A DNA stretch of 64,000 nt, taken from assembly GCF_006345805.1 (NCBI RefSeq), contig NC_043002.1, forward strand, positions 70,246,001-70,310,000, in the 5' to 3' direction. Both the position numbers and the translations under genes were made by a program. Under the pieces are notes generated by a model. That model was not told where the DNA came from. It worked only from the letters and a program-made list of their open reading frames with translations, and ran no database searches. Every line of letters starts with the position of its first letter. Within the stretch, counting starts at the first letter, position 1. The DNA comes from Octopus sinensis. Taxonomy: Eukaryota. Positions 24,425-36,619 of the stretch are shown piece by piece.

Positions 24425-24632
24425 TTCTATTCTAGGCACAAGGCCTGAAATGCTTGGAGAGGGGTCAGTCAATTAGATCGACTCCAGTGCGCAACTGGTA
24501 CTCCATCTACTGATACCGAAAGGATGAAAGGCAAAGTCAACCGCGGTGGAATTGGAACTCAGAATGTAAAGACAGACGAAATACCACTAAGAATTTCACC
24601 CGGCGTGCTAACGTTTCTGCCAGCTCGCCGCC
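24425..24632 (-). mobile_element. SINE family B, near full length
   Basis: Reverse complement begins GGCGGCGAGCTGGCAGAAACGTTAGCACGCCGGG and contains GACTTTGCCTTTCATCCTTTCGG. Confidence 0.9.
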
Positions 24633-24687
24633 TTGCCGTGTCTTCTATACTGAGCATCCCTGGATTTCACTTGTTGACTTTCATTCT

Positions 24688-24745
<58 letters not shown>

Positions 24746-24947
24746 TATAGATCAATAAATGGTGGGGTTGTGTTGACCGCACGTGGAGAAATCATAAGCA
24801 AGGAAAAATTGTAAAAATGCAGAATGCTAGATTGAAAGAAAATTTTAATGAAATGAGAAATTTATATATTTATATATTTTTTCAATTTCTCATTTCATTA
24901 AAATTTTCTTTCAATCTAGCATTCTGCATTTTTACAATTTTTCCTTG

Positions 24948-25013
<66 letters not shown>

Positions 25014-25284
25014 CATACATATATACATACATACATACATGCATACATACATACATGCATACATACATACATACATACATGCATACATACATACATACAT
25101 ACATACATACAACATGCATGCATGCATGCATACATACATACATACATACATACATGCATACATACATATAAATCGTGTTTTTTGGGTTTTTTTACTTGTT
25201 TCTGTCATTAGACTACGGCCATGCTGGGACACCGTCTTGAAGAATTTTTAGTCAAACTGGGGTGACCGCGTGAGCGTATAATAT

Positions 25285-25430
25285 ATAGTTCAAATTTACA
25301 GAAAATAAAAGACGAAGACAGGTGTAAGAACAACAAGCAGGTGTATGAGTTTAACGCTCAGGTAGAATGGAGAAGTCTTTGACGCTTCGAGCCTACGCTT
25401 TCCGACAGAAAGGATTAAGAGGAATAAATA
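25285..25430 (-). mobile_element. Dispersed element with a hammerhead-like scaffold (non-canonical core)
   Basis: Homologous to 54085-54215 and partly to 44830-44940 and 45931-46004 (AAAAGACGAAGACAGGTG...ACGCTC...TTTCGAGCCTACGCT). Confidence 0.6.
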
Positions 25431-25549
25431 TGTATGTATGCATGTATGCATGTATGCATGTATGCATGTATGCATGTATGTATGTATGTATGTATGTATG
25501 TATGTATGTATGTATGTAGTATGTATGTATGTGTGTGTGTGTGTGTATG

Positions 25550-25583
<34 letters not shown>

Positions 25584-26284
25584 TTTATGTATGTATGTAT
25601 GCATGTATGTTTTATGTATGTATATTTCCAAGAATGGTTTCGAGGGATATGTAAAGCTGGTGGTTACCGTGTTGTCTCTTCAATTGGTTCTTAATGCCGG
25701 CAAGCCACAGCGAATGTTGGTGAAACACAAGTTAGTGAAAATTTACTAGACACGGTTATCTTCGCTTGGTAAATCCGAATGTCCTTTTAAGGACTGTATA
25801 GATTCCGTAGAGAAAATAGTGTGATTAATGAAGATCAGAACAGAGATTTGCATATCCAATTTTATTATACAGTTATTTACATCTTACACCTACGCACGTT
25901 TTAGCTGCAAACCGCTGAACACTGCTAAATGTGTATATTGGTGTTAATTATCGATGCAGCATCTTCAGGGTAATTTTTACTGCTGTTCAAATGTCATCTG
26001 AAGAAGCTATGATACTGAACCGAATATGATTTCCGTATGAGACATTAGTGCTACTATAAATATTCGTGTTTCTTGCGACCCGAAATTGCCCCGGCCAGTT
26101 AGGTATTTATTGCTGGGTTTGGTCATAAAGTAGGTCAATGTTTCTGTATATTCCTTATCAATATTCTAGCTTACCATTCTACTAAATTAGAATAGTATTC
26201 ATATTTTTCTTAGCGTATTCAATTACCCTTTTGTTTTATTATTTACTTGTTGTTGTTATTGTTATTATTATTATTATTATTATT

Positions 26285-26350
<66 letters not shown>

Positions 26351-26649
26351 CTATAGGTCTAAATTTTCTTGTTTTGTTGTATTTAATTAAATATCCTGCT
26401 TAAAGTTAATTTCATTAAACGTAACCTTTGTCTTCAACTCTTTTAAAATTTCATCTTGTTTTATTTTTGTAGAGGTTTTCATTTGATTCATCTTCGTTAT
26501 TTGTTTTAATTTACTTCATTCTAAATGTTAATTTCATTCTAATAGTTTATGTAATGCTATTACTTAAACTTCCTGAAAGTATATTTAGACGCATGAACAC
26601 ATCTACAAGCGCGTTCCTGTCTATGGTTTACCAGATTAAATTTTGAGTT

Positions 26650-26737
26650 AAAAATTTGGTAAATTTCTTCAACACCTAATTCACAATGTAGAGGAAACAA
26701 ATGTGAATTGTGTGTTGAAGAAATTTACCAAATTTTT
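26650..26737. other. Inverted repeat / hairpin with 36-bp arms
   Basis: 26650-26685 pairs with 26702-26737 with 2 mismatches; 16-nt loop. Confidence 0.9.
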
Positions 26738-29010
26738 CTTCAAATCTTTCTATGACGCTTTTCATTTATGATGGATGCATATCATATAGTTGTTATACTT
26801 GTCGAAGGTATGGACATTATATCGACGACAGATCAACCTCTTGGAACATTAAGCTAGAAGTGCTTGCAGTTTATATTTACTATCAGTTGGACATAATTTA
26901 CACCTGACGCAGAAGTCGCACAAAGTTGACTGTAACAATATGGAAGATTTTATGAAATACCATATGCACTGGACTAGTAATCTTATTAGTCTTGGTGATA
27001 TCCAAGCTTCTCAGGCGGAGAATTAGTCCTTGGCAAACGTCGCAAAAGAAAAGTACAAATCTTTGAACGTTAACATTGACATTTGACATTATCTTATAAT
27101 ATAAAAATGCTGAATATTTGGATGTAACCAAGAATAATTGCCTACAATCTCAAAAAAAACCACAATTTGCATATCAAATAATGAAAAGAAGACCCGAAAA
27201 TTCCCTGGCATTGAGGTTCCGTACGGCAAAGGACCCAGAAGTGATCTCACTTTTACTGTCTATGATCGTATTACACTTTCGTAAACCGGGCTTGTTAACC
27301 TCGAGATATAACAAGTCGAGATACAAGCACAAAAAATTTATGCGCTCATATCAAAGATATACTTTATGCTCAAAATAGTGCACATCTACCGCTGGGCTTA
27401 AAATTTATTTTGGATCAGTACATAAGGATACAAACCCTTTTGATATTTGTACTTTTATCATAATTTCAAAAGATAGCTTAGATGGTCATGAGAAACGTGT
27501 GAGATGATAAACACAAGACATTCACGTGGATGTTGTTCCACTAGCCCTTATCGAATACTCATGTCTTTTATGTTCAAATTAAGCAAAAACACATCAGAAC
27601 TGAAAACTTATTTTGAATGAATGCACAAAGGTGCAACAATTGCAGCGGCTGCTCTTCATAAAATTGCTATTAGCAGGAGAATCTATTGATTCGTTGGAAT
27701 TTCCTAGTGATTACAACAGAATCCAATTGAAATTTTCGATCTCAACAGGTTAGTTAAGAAACGCTTTTGATATCAATTCGTCGGCGGTTTTAATCACTGC
27801 ATTTCTAAGAAATGGGACTATGGTATTATCACTATTAGTTGGAAATATTCCATTTGTAACAACTTTTGGTAAAATGACTAGACAGGAGATTTCTAAAAAT
27901 GACCAGACAGCTGGTTTTCGAAAGTGACCAGATCCACAAAGAAACCGATTTTATGTTCATGGGGAGTTTGAAGATTATAAAGTCCGTCCAAATCATTAAG
28001 GATTTGAGGCAAGCTCAAATTTTATAGGCTTCTACTTTTTGTAGGTCAACGGTAGTGCCAGATCAACATTACTTGACTACACCATTGCTACTCCTCCTAA
28101 TAGTGATCTATTGTGCCGCAATTCTTGTATTGTAGTAAGTGCCCAGGGGCTCTATATTAGTGCCCGTGGCCACTAGGTTAGTGCAAGACACCGCTATTGC
28201 GTGCCATTGTGCATTCATACCAGACAATCATTTGGCATCTCAAACGAATTTGTCATTTTCCTCCAATTGTTTCCACTGCTGCAAAGAGGTGTATCGTTTG
28301 TCCAAGTTGAAGTGAAGCCTTGAGGGAATGGTCCTTTGGATGGAGTGTGACTCAATAGCTGGAAAAGTCCGTGTCACAACTTATGTCACGCTGGCACCTT
28401 ACTTTCTCTATTTTGATTGTTACTCCGTGTATAGAAGAACAGAACGTCGCAGCAGAGCATGTTTTCTTTTGTACATGGATCATACTGCTACCGCCTGAAA
28501 AAGACCATAAGCTTTGCATCCCTTGGATTGTTTGCTTACAGTGTAGCAGTTTCTAAAATGCAGTAAACATGTTGATTTTCCAAGGAATTAGAACGTTGCT
28601 GACTGTTGGAAACTATAAGTAAGAAAGATGAAAAAGAACCAGAAAATCTCATAGATACAGATGCATTATCCATGATGTAATCGAGTAACTTCAGCTCAGA
28701 TGTTTCACTGTACAGGGGTAATTATTGCAATGTAAGAGCTGTCAATAACATACCTGAAAACATATTTGATGACCATTATTGTGTGGCTGAATAATCACCA
28801 CCAGTTCTACGTTTGTCAAACTTTGCGCTAAAGCTGCTACAACGTAGCTTGATCTCTAGAGACAAGGTGGTATGAAAGAACAGATTTGAAAAAAGAAACA
28901 GAAAATTGACCACAGAGATTCAGGACTATAGTAGCAACAAAGAGAGGACGATAGATATATACAAAAGAAAGAGGGACCAGAAGATAAACATACGCAAACT
29001 TTGTTAAATA

Positions 29011-30280
29011 CGAGGGGCGTTCAATAAGTAATGCCCCTGACCCACTTGCAGTTGTTTGATCTAGCTGAAATGTTGCATGTGCACTTATTTATACCTTTAT
29101 AGATTAAGTGGCGAATTACAGCTCTGAACTAATTGTGGTTTCTGATTTACAGGTGTTTGAACTGAGTCAAGTGTGAAATGGAGCCTGTTGAGTGTCGAGC
29201 AGTGATCTGGTTTTTGTATTTGAAAGGACGCACACCACGGGAGACTTTTGATGAAATGAAAGTAACTTATGGTGATGATGCCCCATCATATGACCTTGTA
29301 AAACGCTGGCATTGTGAATTCAAACATAGTCGGAACTCTGTGGAAACAGCTCCCAGATCTGGTCGCCCCCTTCTGCCGTTGATGAGACGTCTGTCCGTCA
29401 AGTTGAGGCTGCCATTTTGGAAGGTCAACGCATAACTATTCGCCAAATAGCCCATATGGTCAAGATTAGTACCGGGTCTATGGAAACTATCATTCATGAC
29501 CATTTGCATATGCAAAAGGTGTCTGCCAGATGGATTTCCAGGTTGCTCACACCTTTCCAGAAGCAAGAACGCGTTGAGTGCTCGAGGATGAATTTGGAGA
29601 TGTGCCAAGAAGATGAGTCAAAATTTTTCAAAAGACTGATCCCACAGGATAAAACCTGGGTCCATCACTATGATCCATAGATCAAAGCCCAGTCAATGCA
29701 GTGAAAGCACCGTGACTCACCTCCTCCAAAGAAGGCGAGGGTATAGCCCTCCGCTGGCAAGGTCATGCTCACAGTCTTCTGGGACCAGGACGGAGTAGTG
29801 ATGACAGATTTCCTGGCAAAGGGTACCACAATTACAGGAGCCTATTATGCTTCACTTTTGAGGAAATTAAGAGAAGCTATCAAAATCAAGAGGCGGGGCA
29901 AGATCAGCAAAGGCATCCCCCTCCTGCTGGACAACGCTCCGGTCCACAACTCGCGTGTCACCAGATCAGAAGCACAGGCGTGCAGCTATGAACTCCTCCC
30001 CTTGCACCCTCTGATTTTCACCTCTTCCCAGCCATGAAGTTGATTTTGAAAGGAAAGCGTTTCCCAGATGATGCAGCCTTGATTTCTGAAGTCACGTCGT
30101 GGTTGGAGGACCAAGCTGGGGTCTTCTACAAAAACGGTCTCCAGAGCTGTATCAAACGATGGGAGAAATGCATAACTCTGGGTAGTTCCTATGTAGGAAA
30201 AGACTAATAACTGTGCCAAGTGTCGTTGCTCTACTGCTATAGGAAGTGGGTCAGGGGCATTACCTATTGAACGCCTCTCG
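29011..30280 (+). mobile_element. Full-length mariner (DD34D-type) transposon, inactive
   Basis: 37-bp TIRs CGAG(G/A)GGCGTTCAATA(A/G)GTAATGCCCCTGACCCACTT with 2 mismatches. TA target duplication at 29009-29010 and 30281-30282. Length 1270 bp. Confidence 0.95.
29178..30207 (+). pseudogene. Mariner transposase pseudogene
   Basis: RAVIWFL, VKRW..EFK, PRSGRP, VSARWI, DKTWVHHYDP, KVMLTVFWD, DNAPVH, LAPSDFHLF, RWEKCI. Frameshifts, stops and loss of the HPPYSPD codons near 30000. Confidence 0.92.
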
Positions 30281-30459
30281 TATATAACATACAAGGACTG
30301 CCGAACGTGTACGAGACTGGCATGAAATCAGAACCATGATATGACTTGCAACCGAACTGGGTGGAGATTACAAATGTACTCATAGCTCGATGCTCTGTGC
30401 AGAACGGGATGTACAAAAATTAGAATATATAAGAATACCAAAGTCGTTTCATATGCAGA

Positions 30460-30897
30460 GAAAGTGGTGGCTTAAGTTTCTTGGGATGGAAAAGGCATTG
30501 TGTTTACTGACTATCATCAAAAGGCCACACCATCATTAGAAAGTATTATGGAGCGGTCTGTGCAAACTTGCTGAAACAGTTACGAAAGTCTATCAAGTTC
30601 AAACACCTAGAAAACTGATGAAAGGGGTCTTGTTTAATCAGACAATGCTCCAGCACATAAATCCTTGGTTTCAATATCAACTGTTTGTGACTGTGACTTA
30701 GAACTTGTTGATCACACTTCTTATTTTCCTGATTTCGTCCCATTTGACTGTTCCTCAACATGGAAAAACACTTGGCTGGGAACCAGTATCGCAGTGATGA
30801 TGACTTCATATCTGTTGTTGATGTTTTTTATCGGCAAAAGGCTGGAAGCTTCTTCACCAGTGGGATTGAAGCACTGTTAAACTGATGAAAGAAGTGC
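30460..30897 (+). mobile_element. Second, older mariner transposase fragment
   Basis: WDGKGIVFTDY, LLKQLRKSI, DNAPAHKS, ELVDHTSYFPDFVPFD, GIEAL; many disruptions. Confidence 0.8.
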
Positions 30898-30898
30898 G

Positions 30899-31133
30899 TG
30901 GCGAGCTGGCAGAAACGTTAGCCCGTCGGGCGAAATGCTTAGCTGTATTTCGTCCGTCGTTACGTCGCTGAGTTCAAATTCCGCTGAGGTCGACTTTGCC
31001 TTTCATATTTTCGGGGTCGATTAAATAAGTACTACTTACGCACTGGAGTCGATGTAATCGACTTAATCCCTTTGTCTGTCCTTGTTTGTCCCCTCTATGT
31101 TTAGCCCCTTGTGGGCAATAAAGAAATAAGAAG
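30899..31133 (+). mobile_element. SINE family B, full length
   Basis: GGCGAGCTGGCAGAAACGTTAG...GAGTTCAAATTCCGC (B box)...GTCGACTTTGCCTTTCAT...AATAAAGAAATAAG. Confidence 0.9.
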
Positions 31134-31329
31134 TCAGTGGACTGCAAAGTGGGCTCTGCTGAAAACTAAACCTCATCTGCTCACATTCCATGAGAATAGA
31201 TTGGTTAGATTATAGACTTTTCAGTGGACTCTTCTATGTATACATATATATGGTAAACAAGTTCGTTTTGCAGCAATTCAATTCCATTCCCTACGTGAAA
31301 TTTCACAGACGTAGCCTGCAGGCTAGACT

Positions 31330-31353
31330 AATATCTATCTATCTATCTATTTA

Positions 31354-31417
<64 letters not shown>

Positions 31418-31501
31418 GTCTGTCTGTCTATCTGTCTGTCTGTCTGCCTGTCTGTCTGTCTGTCTGTCTATCTCTCTGTCTATCTATCTATCCATCCATC
31501 C

Positions 31502-31577
<76 letters not shown>

Positions 31578-31625
31578 GTCTGATTGTCTGTCTGTTTGTC
31601 TGTATGTATGTATGTATGCATACAG
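31330..31625. repeat. (TCTA)n/(TCTG)n/(CT)n microsatellite
   Basis: Directly visible. Confidence 0.95.
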
Positions 31626-32164
31626 AGGGGGTGTGGTGTTTGTCGTGTGTAGGTGTGTGCATGTGTATATGTAACTGATTTTATCCGTGTTATCGGAATG
31701 AACATAAATTCATCGTTAGAGCCACATGCTGAGGAGAGGTAACTCTTTGAAAGAGACGCAACTAAATAACGTGTACAGTTTAGAGAGTAGAAACCGAGAA
31801 AATGATACTGGCCTTTGTCTTCAAAAGAAATGTCCTATCATGACCGAAATCCAGTAATTGACGCTGTAAAAGAATAAAAGATTAAAAGAATGCATCAGAA
31901 AACTTTCTTCTATGAAGCATTTTCGCAATGATTGTCCATAACAAATGTTTTCAATTAGATATAGCAATATACATGTGACTCATTTTCATTATTTGAACAT
32001 CTCCTGTACCATAGACCTGAAGGGAAGCAAACTATTATAATGATGAAACTGGTTACATTCAGGAGTAGAAATCGCTATGACATTCTGGTAGAATTAGAGA
32101 AGGTTATGTAGATGTTATGAGAAGGTTATGTAGATGTTATCACACAGGGAAACTATCGTATATA

Positions 32165-32371
32165 ATACCAATTAAGGACTGAACACGAAAAAGTGGACAG
32201 TCAACATGCTAGATATAGACGTCAAATCGCCATTCTCCACAAAAAGTCTATGTTCTCAGATCAAACTCAGTTTGATCTGAGAACATAGACTTTTTGTGGA
32301 GAATGGCGATTTGACGTCTATATCTAGCATGTTGACTGTCCACTTTTTCGTGTTCAGACCTTAATTGGTAT
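32165..32371. other. 207-bp near-perfect palindrome
   Basis: Arms 32165-32267 and 32269-32371 (103 bp each), 1-nt spacer C32268, a single mismatch (32178/32358). Confidence 0.97.
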
Positions 32372-32460
32372 ATATAAATATTTTAATCTTCGGATTCTTT
32401 CTTTAATATGCTAGGCCACTGGTTCTAATTGATAAATTCAATTTTAACCCTAATTTAATG

Positions 32461-32511
<51 letters not shown>

Positions 32512-32519
32512 GTATATAT

Positions 32520-32608
32520 GCAAGTGGGAAAGTGTCTTCTACTATGCCTCAGGCCGACCAAAGCCTTGTGAGTGGATTTGGTAGACGGAAACTGAAAGAA
32601 GCCCGCCG

Positions 32609-32645
<37 letters not shown>

Positions 32646-32865
32646 GTATGTGTGTGTATATGTTTGTGTGTCTGTGTTTGTCCCACCAATATCGCTTGAC
32701 AACCGATGCTAGTGTGTTTACGCCACCGTAACCTAGCGGTTCGGCAAAAGAGACAGATAGAATAAGTACTAGGCTTACAAAGAATAAATCTTGGGGTCGA
32801 TTGGCTCGACTAAAAGGCGGTGCTCCTGCATGAACGCGGTCAAATGACTAAAACAAGTAAAATAA
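32520..32865 (+). mobile_element. SINE family A, 5'-truncated
   Basis: AAGTGTCTTCTACTAT.CCTC.GGCCGACCAAAGCCTTGTGAGTGGATTTGGTAGACGGAAACTG through GGCGGTGCTCC.GCATG...AAACAAGTAAAA. Confidence 0.88.
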
Positions 32866-32976
32866 TACCGGTTCCCATATGCTATTCATACCTGCATTCT
32901 GTCTGCTTAGGAGGTTGTGTCCTAGCAAGATTCCGAGTTCGATTCCAAGCAGTGACCTGAACAATAACAATAATAT

Positions 32977-33004
<28 letters not shown>

Positions 33005-33007
<3 letters not shown>

Positions 33008-33195
33008 AATAACATCAAAAAGTACCTTAGGAACGAGAACCCAGGTTCGAAATTTCCCCAAGACACCCAAAGAAGGCTGGAGCGTATATCAGCCGAAACG
33101 TTGTGTTAACAACAAACAAGATGAAGACTAATATCTGTCGAATGTAAATAATGTAAATAATGTACATAATTCCTCTTCTCTTAAATATAGAACTG
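33005..33195 (+). mobile_element. Minimal-hammerhead element, copy d (core mutated to CCAAAGA)
   Basis: Stems I-III intact (GACAC/GTGTT, GGCTG/CAGCC, ACGT). Preceded by a short tRNA-SINE 3' end (32926-32959) and (AAC/AAT)n. Confidence 0.75.
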
Positions 33196-34254
33196 TGTCA
33201 GGTCTATTGTGTTTGCATTTTATTGAGTTTTCCACTGGGACATTCGACCAATACTCCTTTTTATTATCAGTGGCTATGGCTTCTACCATACTATGGGTTC
33301 CTGAATTTTGTTCTTGGGGTTATCATTCCGACGGATTTCATTATATAATGTCCTAACTACAACATTATGTCTCATCGGTAGATAGTGCCGTGATGATGTT
33401 TCAGACAACTGCTTATGGTGTGGATGATTTCTTTAGTGTAAAATCCACAAAGTCTGCATTGGTTGTCGCATTTTACTGCTTTTCCTGCATCTCTGTCAAT
33501 TTTCTGCATCGAGTATTTGGTTGATATTTCCTGTTCCTGGATTGCAAACGCATACCTTTGTATGTTTGTAAGTACGTACGTAGTACGTATGTATGCATGT
33601 ATGTGTGTATATATGCATGTGTGTATGTACGTATGTATTTATCGAGAGAAAGAGAGAGCGAGAAAGAGGGGAGGGAAGAGAGAGGGAGAGAAAGCGAGAG
33701 AGAGAGAGAGGGGGGAGGGGGAGAGAAAGATAAAGATAGAAAGATCCTCAGACATTTTTACTTATGATGTTTTGCATTAATGTGAAATCCAGTCATTGTT
33801 CAACGTTAATCACATTTGTAGGTAGGTGAGGCATATGTTTGTGAAGTTAGGATTCTGCTATCTCTCAAATAGGTTCTACGTTGAATTTCGTCGTCATTTC
33901 TTGCAGAAATTCCTTTTAAGTTTACAGCTTCGGGAAGTAATCAATAAAAATTATTTGAATCTTTAGAAATAAAGGAATGGCATTTAATCAATTAGAATAT
34001 TGGTTTGACTTCACACCGATGTTCAATTTACAATCTATAAAGTGATGTTGTTGCTGTTATTTTTGTTGTTGATGTTTAAAGAATAGCAGAAAACAGTGTT
34101 ACTTCCTCCCCCTCTCTCAACTTTATATATATATCACTATTTCTTTTCCTTTCTTGCTCTTCATCAGGCTTTTCTCTCTCCGCCAACACTCTCTTCTCTC
34201 CCTCCCTCCCTCTCTCTCTTTATACACAAACATATATACATACACATACACATG

Positions 34255-34286
<32 letters not shown>

Positions 34287-34501
34287 GTGTGTGTGTGTGT
34301 GTAAGTATACGTATGTATTCATGTATGTGTATGCAGAAATATATATATATATAATATATATATATATATATACATACCTACATATATATGTGTGTGTGTT
34401 TGTGTATGTATATGTATACACACACGCACACACATGCAAACACATACGTACACAAACGCGCGCATATAAACATAAATTCGCACACACATATACATACAAA
34501 G

Positions 34502-34534
<33 letters not shown>

Positions 34535-35310
34535 GGATAGGTTAACGAATATTGATCGGTCTTTCAGTAGAAGTCAACGTCCAGGTTACTAAGTACTGTT
34601 TGTTCGCGGTTAACTTATTTTTAATTTCGTTTTCACATTTTATGCCTGATTACAATGATGATGATAATGATGATGACGATGACGATAATGATGATGATGG
34701 TGATCATGTTCATGTTCGTGGTTTTGGTGGTGGTGGTGGTGGTGGTGGTGGTGATGTTGATGGTGGTGAAAATGATTTGATGATGTGTAAGAATAAGTGG
34801 AGATGGAGAAGGATGAGGGAGTGAAAATGTTTATGGAAACGAAACATAGCTAGCATATACTGGCCCTGTACAGCGTAACGTATGTGTAGCTAAGTCACAC
34901 GACATTACAACAAGAACGCAGCATCAGCTTTGGCATAAAGTAGTGAAACAGAAAGATTTTCCAAATATTTTTGAATGTTTGACATTTACCTTCAGCCATT
35001 CACTATGCATAGAGATTCTAGACATCTTCGTAATTGCAAAGATAATCTGGAACTCGACAGAGGAAAGAAAACTCCGAATGACCTGTCCTTGTTTTCTTTG
35101 TATCGTCTATCTGGATGTTTTGTTGTCCCTTTTTTGTATCCCCTAACAGTCTGGATGTTTTGTGTTCTTGTCTCATTTTGTATATATATATATATATGTG
35201 TTTTGTGTGTGTATATATATATATATAAAGTGTAGGTTGAGTATCAGTAGTGCAATGACACTTGATCGCGTACATATTTAATTCTAACACTTACAAATTT
35301 ATATCTTGAA

Positions 35311-35380
35311 ATGCCGCACTGAAGAGGTGAAATAAGTAAGTAAATATTACTTTACTTTAATCCCGAAACGCGTATGTTGC
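35311..35380 (+). ncRNA. Type I hammerhead fold in a solo element related to the array unit
   Basis: GCCGCA-CTGAAGA(35319-35325)-GG...CC-GAAA(35365-35368)-CGCG-TA-TGTTGC. Stem III ACGCGT is palindromic; stem I has one mismatch. Confidence 0.6.
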
Positions 35381-35643
35381 TAATCGGAGTCGTGTGGATT
35401 CGTTATTTTTTCTTTTTGCCTACGTAAAAAAGTGTTATTGTCTGGGAGATCTTTATAGTAGCAGAAAAGGCATTTTAACTCCAATTTCTAAATTCGATGC
35501 GTAGTGAAGCAATTAGCTTCATTATAATTATGTTTATAATTATAGAATATTTGTATGATTTTACCCAAAAAAGGTTATTTTAATGTACCGAACTACTTGG
35601 TAAAATTATTAATTACTAATTAATTGATTAATTAATTTTACTC

Positions 35644-35684
<41 letters not shown>

Positions 35685-35925
35685 TATTATTATTATATTA
35701 TTATTATTATTATATGTACATATACACACGGGTGTATAGAAGAATATATTACTCAATGAAATTCCAACTTTGATTTTCACATTTTATTTACAATCTTCTA
35801 GTAATATGATATAATTTAATATAATAAAATATAATATAATATAATATAATGAGATGATATAGAATATTAAATGTCCATACTGATTGAACTAGTACTTTAT
35901 ACACACACATATATATATATATATG

Positions 35926-35970
<45 letters not shown>

Positions 35971-36437
35971 ATATATATCATATATATATATAATACGTAT
36001 ATATGTATGTATTCACGTATGTATGTATGTATATAGTGCGGAGGTATCTAGGGTAAATCCCTGCTGTATCCTCTCAAACACTTATGTTTATTCCATTATT
36101 AAAATCCAACATGTAGTCAGTTGCTACTGTGTGTAAGTGTAAAATATATATTAGAAATGAGAATTATGGAAACACTATTTGCGGAGTTATTGTATATCAA
36201 AATAGTAAATAGGAAATTTGTTGGTATTATTTATTCTCCATTACATTTGTTTCATTTGCTAGTAAGTTTTACACGTTAGATAGACATGCAAGGAATTTCC
36301 TATTAAAAATTCTTTAGGCAGAAAAATTAAATAATACAAGTCTTGTAATGATAAATAAATATCCCAAATTTTCAATTTCCTGTTTTGCTCTCTCTCTCTC
36401 TCTTCTCTCCCTCTCTCTCTATGTATAATATATTATC

Positions 36438-36488
<51 letters not shown>

Positions 36489-36575
36489 TATTAGAGACAA
36501 AACCACTATTTGCAAAACAAACAAGGAAAGACTTAATCAATACATAAAATTTTAATAAATAGTAAAAAAAAACCG

Positions 36576-36618
36576 CCACTACAATCGTTTCTTGTCTTGA
36601 TCGACAATCTTCAGGTGG
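36576..36618 (-). ncRNA. Minimal type I hammerhead fold
   Basis: Minus strand CCAC-CTGAAGA-TTGTC-gatcaa-GACAA-GAAA-CGATTG-TA-GTGG; all three stems pair. Confidence 0.65.
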
Positions 36619-36619
36619 A

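Noticed and set aside
27180-27500. Polinton DNA polymerase B remnant (QKGLYPY, LPYG on the minus strand)
   Set aside because: The spacing between the motifs is too short and the surrounding residues do not match.
32200-32260. Penelope RT motif (MLDIDVKSPFS) within the palindrome arm
   Set aside because: A single short resemblance with no flanking RT motifs.
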